Part shown: in pieces, positions 57,014-64,000 of the stretch | Layout: each line of letters starts with the position of its first letter | Numbering within the stretch: position 1 is the first letter of the stretch | Source of the DNA: Acidobacteriota bacterium | Lineage (GTDB): Bacteria; Acidobacteriota; UBA6911; RPQK01; JAJDTT01 | Direction of reading: 5' to 3' | DNA: 64,000 nt | NCBI GenBank assembly: GCA_965217775.1 | Contig: CBDCJH010000002.1 | Coordinates: forward strand, 6,016,001 to 6,080,000 | Translations under genes and position numbers: made by a program | Notes under the pieces: generated by a model | What the model was told of the DNA's origin: nothing | The model's input: the letters and a program-made list of their open reading frames with translations, nothing else | Databases searched by the model: none

Positions 57014-59593
57014 CTATTCGGCGACAAGAAAGTCGCCGCTCCGCCGGAAGTGCCAGTTTTCGGTGTTGCCGGGCTGGGGATAGTTGGACTCGGATGCCCT
57101 CCCGTCCCGGGAGTGGATGAAGACCCGGATCTCCCTATCTCCAGGATCGGGGAATTCGAGGAGGGAGAATTCGTACAGGTAGCCGCTGTTGTCGATCTCG
57201 GAGCTGCCGTACGTCTTGACGACGTCGCTCCGGTATCGGCCGGTCCGCCCCGCGTACAGGAATTCTCCGTCCCGAAACAACACGATGGCTTGAGGCAGGA
57301 CGAGGTTCTCCACGTCGGCGCCCCAGCCGCCGATGAAGATCCGACTCCGGTCCGGACTCAGACGGGAGACGACCCATCCGGTGACGCCCGGGTCGCCGAT
57401 CGGGATCTTCTTTCCTGCCGGCGTCACCAGGAGAGTTGCCTCTCCCACCGAATCCAACCGGTAGGTAGAGGGAGCGGGTACTTCCACGGGCAAGAGTGCG
57501 AGGCCTGATCCGGTCCTGCGCGTTTCGTAGATTCGGATCTGGTTGCTGCCGTCCCGATAGGCTGTCTCCGGGACGACGGCGGAAAAGATGGTTTCTCCGC
57601 CCAGTTGTGAGGTGCGGGTCACGGCGCCGACGGTGCCGTTGACGCCGATGGCCAAAGTCCGGCCGATCCGGGAGTCCTGGCTGTCGTGGACCCGACCCGA
57701 GATTCGTGACAACAAGAAGGACGAGCCGAGCTCGACCTGCCGGAACAGGTGGCTTCCGTCGATCTCCACCGTCAGGTCCGATTTCCCTTGGGCCAACGCG
57801 TCCGTTCGCTCGCCCACCAGTTCGGCGTCGGGTCCGATCCGATAGAGATCCTGCTCGGAGAGTTCACCGTTCGCGGCGCCGAAGAGTGCCAGCTTGCGGT
57901 CCAGGCTCGACCAGCGTGACTCCAGGCGGGGATCGAACGAGAACTTCTCGCCATCGTCGTTGTAGACGATCTTCTCGGGCCGTTCCCGTGCCTCGGCGGC
58001 CAGGGCAGACCGGCCATCCAGCGGCCACTCCGTGTCGATTCCCAGCATCTCCACCAGGGTCGGAAGGATGTCCATGCTCTCCACGTTGCGGTCGCTGAGG
58101 ACTCCCTCCTGCTGCCCCGGCGCCTTGACGATCAGCGGGACGGAAATGATGTCCATGTAGTTGGTGCCGGTCAACAGGCGGCGCGAGTCGCCGGCACGAA
58201 AGCTGGCTCCGTGGTCCGCGGTGAGGACCAGAAGCGTCGAGTCATAGAGGTTCTGCTCACGGAGCCGCTGGACCAGTTCTCCGACCAGACGATCCAGGAA
58301 CATCACCTGCAGGAGGTGGCGCTGATAGGCCTGGGCCACCAGCCACGGATCGTCCAGCCATTGATTCACGTCGAGACCCCGGTTGTTGGGCCCCACCACC
58401 CCGGCCACTCCCGGCCGCTCCGAGAGCGTGTACAACTTGCCCGAAGGAAGGTATATCCAGCTTGCATGGGGAAGCATGGAGTGCAGGAAATAGAGGGTCG
58501 GCGGTCCGTCCCCCCGAATCGAATCGACGAAGTCTCGAAAGCGGTCGGCCCGTCTCGACCAGTCGACGCGGAAGTCCTTCCAGGCGCGCCGGATCGGACC
58601 GGGGGCGCCCGGGTTCAGGAACTGGTTCCAGGTCTGGGTCACCGGAGGAAGCCAGCGCGAGGCCCAGGTCGCCGGCAGCAGGAGGTGGAGATAGGCGACC
58701 GACAGATCCTCCACCAGCAGCCGGAAGCGGGGACCGAAGGGTGCCGGCGTTCTTCGAGGATTCAACCCGGTCACGTTTTCCCGAATCCGCAGATCGTGGG
58801 AACCGGAAAGGAGGGAGAACAGGTTCCTGGGATATTCGCGAAACAGAGGCAGGGGAAACGGACGCTGCCGGGGCAGGGTTCCCGACAGGATCACCGGAAT
58901 CGACAACAGGGTGCTCTCGTTGTTGGTGGTGGCGTTCCGGAACCAGTAGGAGTTTCCCGCCAGCTCGGCCAGGTTGGGAAAGAGGTTCGAGTCGATCTCC
59001 CGGCGCCCGTCGAGCAGGGAGATGAGGGGGAACTCGTCGAAGATCACCATCACGACGGGCGCCTTGGCGCCGGACACGATCCCCACTTCGGAGTCCGGTT
59101 CGGGAAGGATCAGCTTCCGGATCTCCGAATCCAGGAGAAACAGAAGCGGGAACAGGACGACCGCCGGAATCAGATAGGACAGATAGGTCCGGATCACCGA
59201 GAATCGGCAATACGCGAACACGAAGACCGCCCCGGAGAGCAGGGAAAGGATCAGCGCCACTGCCTCGGGCGCCGGTAGTCTCTTGAGCCCCTGGAGGACG
59301 AGTCCGGTGGTCAGGAGACCCAGAAGGGCCAGGTAGGTCCCGGGGCCCAACTGCGGATGGACTCTGGCCAGACTCCGGACCACCATCGCCGCCGCTCCCG
59401 GCAACAGAAGGGACAGCATCAGAGTCAGCAGGAGAATGTCCACCCGCTCGCTCTGGTGGGCCGGCAGGAACTCGGGATGCCGGGTCAGGAGATCGTAGAT
59501 GGGCTGCGCCGTCGTGAACGCCGACAGGACCAGCAGGTGGATGAACCGGATTCGGATCCCAGTGGCTGGTTTGCTTCGATCCGGGTCATTCAT
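57014..59593 (-). CDS. Membrane-anchored sulfatase/LTA-synthase-like protein
   Basis: N-terminal transmembrane helices; IFDE, TLLSIP, PH, TADHG, DILPT. Confidence 0.8.
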   Translation of the reverse strand: MNDPDRSKPATGIRIRFIHLLVLSAFTTAQPIYDLLTRHPEFLPAHQSERVDILLLTLMLSLLLPGAAAMVVRSLARVHPQLGPGTYLALLGLLTTGLVLQGLKRLPAPEAVALILSLLSGAVFVFAYCRFSVIRTYLSYLIPAVVLFPLLFLLDSEIRKLILPEPDSEVGIVSGAKAPVVMVIFDEFPLISLLDGRREIDSNLFPNLAELAGNSYWFRNATTNNESTLLSIPVILSGTLPRQRPFPLPLFREYPRNLFSLLSGSHDLRIRENVTGLNPRRTPAPFGPRFRLLVEDLSVAYLHLLLPATWASRWLPPVTQTWNQFLNPGAPGPIRRAWKDFRVDWSRRADRFRDFVDSIRGDGPPTLYFLHSMLPHASWIYLPSGKLYTLSERPGVAGVVGPNNRGLDVNQWLDDPWLVAQAYQRHLLQVMFLDRLVGELVQRLREQNLYDSTLLVLTADHGASFRAGDSRRLLTGTNYMDIISVPLIVKAPGQQEGVLSDRNVESMDILPTLVEMLGIDTEWPLDGRSALAAEARERPEKIVYNDDGEKFSFDPRLESRWSSLDRKLALFGAANGELSEQDLYRIGPDAELVGERTDALAQGKSDLTVEIDGSHLFRQVELGSSFLLSRISGRVHDSQDSRIGRTLAIGVNGTVGAVTRTSQLGGETIFSAVVPETAYRDGSNQIRIYETRRTGSGLALLPVEVPAPSTYRLDSVGEATLLVTPAGKKIPIGDPGVTGWVVSRLSPDRSRIFIGGWGADVENLVLPQAIVLFRDGEFLYAGRTGRYRSDVVKTYGSSEIDNSGYLYEFSLLEFPDPGDREIRVFIHSRDGRASESNYPQPGNTENWHFRRSGDFLVAE

Positions 59594-59818
59594 CTGTAGT
59601 GGCACCCATCGGGACTCCTACGACTTCTCTCAGGGTGACGACATTCCAACAAATGGGGAGGAAAGAGAAAAGAGGAAAGAGAAAAGTAGAGAAGAGAAGC
59701 ATCCCGATTCGTTGTCGGGGTCACTTCTACTTCTTTATTTTCGCTTCCGGCGTGCTATGTTTTTTCCGGTCGGCCCGGAGCTTGGAGTTGAGCGGTTTGG
59801 GCCGGCTTGGCGAGTCTC

Positions 59819-60667
59819 ATGGATCATCTGGTTCGTCCCCTTTCACCGGCCGCCGTCGTATTGGATCTGGGAGCGGGACCGGGGAGTTTTTCCTATGCCG
59901 GGACCGAGGCTCGGGTCTTGGCGCTGGACGTGGATTTTCCCGACGCCGCGCAAGGCGCTTGGGCCCGGGTTCTGGGAGATTCGGGTGCGATTCCCCTCGG
60001 GGAGGAGACCGTCGACGTGGTGGTCTGCAACCATACGCTGGAGCATTTTCCGGACTGCCGGGAGGCCATTCGGGAAATCGATCGCGTGCTCCGGCCGGGG
60101 GGCTCTCTCTGGGTTGCGGTTCCCGACAGCGGTTGTCTGGACGATCGGCTGTATCGCTATCTCTTTCTCGGAGGCGGTCACGTCAACCTCTTTTCTCTCG
60201 CCAGCCTGGTGGAGGCGATCGAGACCGGCACCCGCCTTCGGACCCGTTCCTGCAAGAAACTCTACACCGGGTTCGTCTATCTGAATCCTCCCGATCCCGG
60301 GAAAGTCCAGTACTATCCCCAACGGGCTCAGTGGCTGGCGCGAATCCCTGCCCGAATGCTGAGGATTCTGCTCTGCTGGATGAACTATGCGGTTCGGGTA
60401 TTGGATCGTCTCTTGCCGACCCGTCTGAGCCAGTACGGCTGGGGACTGGTGGCCCGGCGGGAAGACAACTCCTCCAGGCCGGTGACGGATCTCGCCCGCC
60501 TGCGAATGGAAGCCGGCGACGCCAATGTCTGCTTTGCCTGTGGAGCCGGGCATGTGGAGGCGACGCTCAAACCCTTCCGCGTCCTCTTCCGTACCTTTTA
60601 CAAGTGTCCCAACTGTGGGACTCGCAACCCCATGTCTCCCCTGAGGGAGTCTTCAGGATCGGTTTGA
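59819..60667 (+). CDS. Class I SAM methyltransferase with C-terminal zinc ribbon
   Basis: LDLGAGPG, HTLEH, LRPGG; CFAC...CPNC. Confidence 0.85.
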   Translation: MDHLVRPLSPAAVVLDLGAGPGSFSYAGTEARVLALDVDFPDAAQGAWARVLGDSGAIPLGEETVDVVVCNHTLEHFPDCREAIREIDRVLRPGGSLWVAVPDSGCLDDRLYRYLFLGGGHVNLFSLASLVEAIETGTRLRTRSCKKLYTGFVYLNPPDPGKVQYYPQRAQWLARIPARMLRILLCWMNYAVRVLDRLLPTRLSQYGWGLVARREDNSSRPVTDLARLRMEAGDANVCFACGAGHVEATLKPFRVLFRTFYKCPNCGTRNPMSPLRESSGSV

Positions 60668-62278
60668 ATGGGCCCGTCTCCCAAGCCTTCAGGTGAAACC
60701 GGTTCCCCTTTCGGGAAGAGCCTCCGCTACTACGCTCTCCGGATTCTTCTGGCCGTGGGGGTCTCGGCCCTCTGTCTGGCGCTGGCCACACCCCTGGCGA
60801 TGAAGTTCCTGCGGCCGGCCCTGCTCCACTACCTGCTCGACAACCTCTCCGACGCCCGGCGATTGGAGCTCTACGAGTCCCTGGTCTCCAGGTCGGGCCA
60901 GTTCTACGACGCCGTGCCCGAACCCGGGGTGGGGCGCCTGGGGAAGAGAGGAGTCGCGACTCGGTACCGGGGCGCCGAGGTCCGGATCAACAACGCCGGC
61001 ATGCGGAGTTCCTCCGACTATCGGGCCAAGCCGAAGGGGGTCTTTCGGATCGTGTGTCTGGGAGACTCCTACGTGTTCGGGACCGGCGGACCGGAGCAGG
61101 ACCGGTTCTGCGATCAGTTGGAGGAGTTTTACCGAAGCAGCGATATCCGCGCCGGCGGCAAGGCCATCGAGACCTATGCCCTGGGGTTGGACAGCTGGAC
61201 CCTGTCCCAGGAAGCGACCTATCTCTCCAACCGGACCTCCGCCTACGATCCGGACGTCATCCTGCAACTGAGCGTCTCCAACGACATTACGCCCTTGGCC
61301 GGCGTCAACGGCTTGGGCATGGCTACCTACGAGTTCAGTCCGGAAGCACGGCATTTGGGATCCGGACTCTTCTCGAATCAGGCGGCGCGGTATTTCGGCG
61401 AGCGGAACTTCAGCGCCCTGGCCTGGAGCCTCTCTCCCCAGAGTCGGCAGGAGTGGGATCGTGCGTTTTCGGCCCTGGGCCGCCTGGTAGAACTCCAGCA
61501 GGGGAGGGGAGGCAAGATTTTGCTCTCGGTCTTGGACTACCCTTTCTCCGGCCAATTCTTCAGCGAGCTCTACACGTGGCATTTTCACCAGTCAAAGCTC
61601 CAGGTCCCCTTTCTGGCGACCTCGTTCCTGCCTTCGTTCGAGACGCAGCTTCCGCATGACGCACACCCCAACCGGCTGGGGAACAGCTACTTGGCGGCCC
61701 ACTATATTCATGCCCTGAACCGGCTCGGATGGATTCCGGTTCCCGACTCGGATCTCCCGCACCTGCCGGAAGATCTCACGCTGGAGTTCAATCCCGAACC
61801 CGATCCTGAAAGATTGAAGCGGGACCGGGAGGAATTCGTCACCGATCACCTGCGGACCAGTCTGGACTTCGGCCGTCTGACCCGCGAGGAAACCCGGGCG
61901 TTTCTGGGAGGAATATTTCCGGAACAGGGGGGAGAGAAGGCGCTTCAGGGCTATCCCTGGGCGTCGATAAGAAGCGGTTTCCTCATGAGTCGTCTGGAGG
62001 GCGGACGCGAGCGCCGGGTGGCGCTGGAGATCCGTATTCCTCCCCTGCCGGAACTCTTTCCCTTCCACCTGTCGGTGCAGATGGAAGGCATGGAAATCGC
62101 CCGTCTTGCTCTGGAGAAACCGGAACCGTCGGACCTCTACCGGTTGGTGGGGGATCTTCCCGGACTGGATCGCCGCGACCTGGCCAGGGAGATCGTCCTC
62201 ATCGCCTCGTCTTACTTCGCCGGTATCGGCAACCCGAGAATGAAGTCGTTCCGGCTGATTTCAGCGAAGCTGGAGTAG
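60668..62278 (+). CDS. SGNH/GDSL hydrolase-like membrane-anchored protein
   Basis: LGDSY, SND, DAHPN. Confidence 0.8.
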   Translation: MGPSPKPSGETGSPFGKSLRYYALRILLAVGVSALCLALATPLAMKFLRPALLHYLLDNLSDARRLELYESLVSRSGQFYDAVPEPGVGRLGKRGVATRYRGAEVRINNAGMRSSSDYRAKPKGVFRIVCLGDSYVFGTGGPEQDRFCDQLEEFYRSSDIRAGGKAIETYALGLDSWTLSQEATYLSNRTSAYDPDVILQLSVSNDITPLAGVNGLGMATYEFSPEARHLGSGLFSNQAARYFGERNFSALAWSLSPQSRQEWDRAFSALGRLVELQQGRGGKILLSVLDYPFSGQFFSELYTWHFHQSKLQVPFLATSFLPSFETQLPHDAHPNRLGNSYLAAHYIHALNRLGWIPVPDSDLPHLPEDLTLEFNPEPDPERLKRDREEFVTDHLRTSLDFGRLTREETRAFLGGIFPEQGGEKALQGYPWASIRSGFLMSRLEGGRERRVALEIRIPPLPELFPFHLSVQMEGMEIARLALEKPEPSDLYRLVGDLPGLDRRDLAREIVLIASSYFAGIGNPRMKSFRLISAKLE

Positions 62279-62327
62279 GCGCGCCGAAACCGGATGGCGT
62301 TTCGAGGCGACGACTTCAACGGTCGGA

Positions 62328-63005
62328 TCACCCGCCACCAAGGGGCCGCCTGGGAAGGCGAGGCACCGGCTTTTCGAAGTGCACGTCTTCCTGAAGCTGG
62401 ATGGTCAGTGTGGAACCCCGGGGCAGGACCACGTCCTCCCCCCGCTTGAAGAGCGCCATGAGCCCGCCGACGGCGGCGCCGATGGCGGCGCCCGCGGCGG
62501 CGCCGCGGCCCATTCTACCCCGCATGGCGCCGGCGGTGACTCCGATGATGGTCCCGGTCACCGCTCCGCCGGCAGCGCCCGCCAGGACCTCGCCTTTCGC
62601 GCCTCCCTGAGCCCGGATCGTTCCCTCCTCGCCGTCCAGATCGGTGGCGTAGCCTTCCGAGGACTGGACCCCGGCTCTCATGTAACGCGTCGTCCCATCG
62701 GGGAGGATCACGGTGTCGAACTTCAGGGTGAGCTCCGCCTTGCCCTTGATCCGGCCCGCCCGCTTGCTCTTGTCCACGTAGCCGATGATGTAGCTGCCCA
62801 CCGGAATGACGATCCGGTCCTGAGCGGTGACCGGGACCTCGACCTGGCTGGAAAACTTGTCTCCGGAGCGAGCCGACTTGGTGTTCAAGCTCTGCTGCAG
62901 GCTGATGAAGATATCGGACTTTCCGGGAATGATGGTGTCATCGATGCTCTGGCCACTGAGCGGAATCGTGCTCAGGAGTCCAGTTGCGAGAAGACGTTTG
63001 ATCAT
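62328..63005 (-). CDS. Secreted TrbI/VirB10-like beta protein with glycine zipper
   Basis: GDKF..VIPVGS.I.G.V..AGRIKG; GAAAGAAIGAAVG; VLPRGS. Confidence 0.6.
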   Translation of the reverse strand: MIKRLLATGLLSTIPLSGQSIDDTIIPGKSDIFISLQQSLNTKSARSGDKFSSQVEVPVTAQDRIVIPVGSYIIGYVDKSKRAGRIKGKAELTLKFDTVILPDGTTRYMRAGVQSSEGYATDLDGEEGTIRAQGGAKGEVLAGAAGGAVTGTIIGVTAGAMRGRMGRGAAAGAAIGAAVGGLMALFKRGEDVVLPRGSTLTIQLQEDVHFEKPVPRLPRRPLGGG

Positions 63006-63130
63006 GCCAATTTTTCCTCCGCCGGCTTGGGAGGGTCGGGACAACTGGACGGTTTCTCCGGACCCAAGCCGCATTGATCGAGTCTACAACAGATGTTCAT
63101 CTACTTGGATTGGACTGGGAGTCCAGGGGT

Positions 63131-63319
63131 TCAACCGGTTTGCGGAGGCGGCGTGGAATCGGCGGATGTTGTTTCCAACCCGGCCCGGTATCTCGTTTCC
63201 GGGCTCCGGACGCTCGCCGACTCGAAAGTGTCTCCGGCAGAGAAGCAACCCGGCAGATCCGGGACGCTCACTCCGTAGACGTTCTTTTCGTCTTTGTGAA
63301 TTACGATTGGAAACAGCAT
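63131..63319 (-). pseudogene. hicB: HicB antitoxin N-terminal remnant
   Basis: FPIVIHKD...YGVSVPDLPGCFSAGDT, then degenerates; no hicA. Confidence 0.75.
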
Positions 63320-63337
63320 CAGCGGTTTCTACGCAAT

Positions 63338-63443
63338 GGCTATCCAGCCGCCGACTCTTCGTCTGGTCCCGTCTTGCTCCGCTTTGGACCGAAGAGGGCA
63401 CCCACAAGGAGCACCCCTACCAAATATTCTTCATCAATTTGCA
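63338..63443. repeat. Dispersed 106-bp REP-like repeat (copy 2, inverted)
   Basis: Reverse-complement similarity to 974-1079. Confidence 0.8.
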
Positions 63444-63504
63444 GGGGAATTCGAGATCAAGTAACCGGTTCACCCGGAAGACCCGTCTTGAGCCACAATC
63501 GATT

Positions 63505-63897
63505 TCACGACCCGGAAGACTCGGCCCCATCCTCGTCGCCGGAGCCGAAGATCTCGTGGACGGCGGCGATTCCCTCCCACGCCGCGGGAAATCCGGCATA
63601 GGGAGCGATGTGAAGCAGCGTCTCCACGATCTCCTTCCGGGTGGCGCCGTTGCGGCGAGCCATGCGGATGTTCAGTTCCAGGCCCCGCTGCCGCCCCAGG
63701 GCCGCCAGGGCCGCGATGGTGCAGAGACTCTTGGTCCTGCGGTCGAGACCGGGCCGGGCCCAGACTTCTCCCGACAGGAAGCCGATGACGTAGGCTTCGA
63801 AATCGGGCGAGATCTCCTGCCAGGATCGTTGCACCTGGGCGGCCTGATCCGCTCCCAGCATCTCTTTGAGAATCCGGATTCCTCTTTCCCTGTTCAT
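63505..63897 (-). CDS. Carboxymuconolactone decarboxylase family
   Basis: GEVWARPGLDRRTKSL, YAGFP. Confidence 0.9.
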   Translation of the reverse strand: MNRERGIRILKEMLGADQAAQVQRSWQEISPDFEAYVIGFLSGEVWARPGLDRRTKSLCTIAALAALGRQRGLELNIRMARRNGATRKEIVETLLHIAPYAGFPAAWEGIAAVHEIFGSGDEDGAESSGS

Positions 63898-64000
63898 GTG
63901 CGCTCCTTCACAGATTCAGACCGCCGCAAACGTGAATGGCTTGGCCGGTGACGCTCCGGGAGGCGTCCGACGCCAGGAACAGAACCATATCGGCGATATC

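Overview
High-GC bacterial chromosome window; the gene content suggests Acidobacteriota (inference only). Housekeeping and metabolic blocks alternate with two decayed defence islands. Island 1 (~2.7-13.2 kb) holds ISNCY and P4-type integrase remnants, a C5-cytosine methyltransferase / GHKL-ATPase-histidine-kinase / receiver-domain operon with a convergent vsr, an IS21-like end and an intact DUF4338-fused IS4. Island 2 (~28.5-41.5 kb) is a type I R-M locus without hsdS, followed by a second, reciprocally decayed copy. The most striking structure is a nested mobile system. A 158-bp fully palindromic miniature element with 4-bp target duplications is stop-free in all three forward frames and adds exactly 54 codons when it inserts into a gene. 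One copy is split by an IS110 element whose upstream non-coding region contains a readable bridge-RNA-like structure with guide segments matching both that palindromic target and the IS's own ends. Also present: four tandem secreted double-Cache paralogues with no signalling output, a Gfo/Idh/MocA-lactonase fusion and a GriC/GriD-like carboxylate reductase pair. No rRNA, tRNA or CRISPR array was seen. All calls come from reading motifs; no database searches were run.
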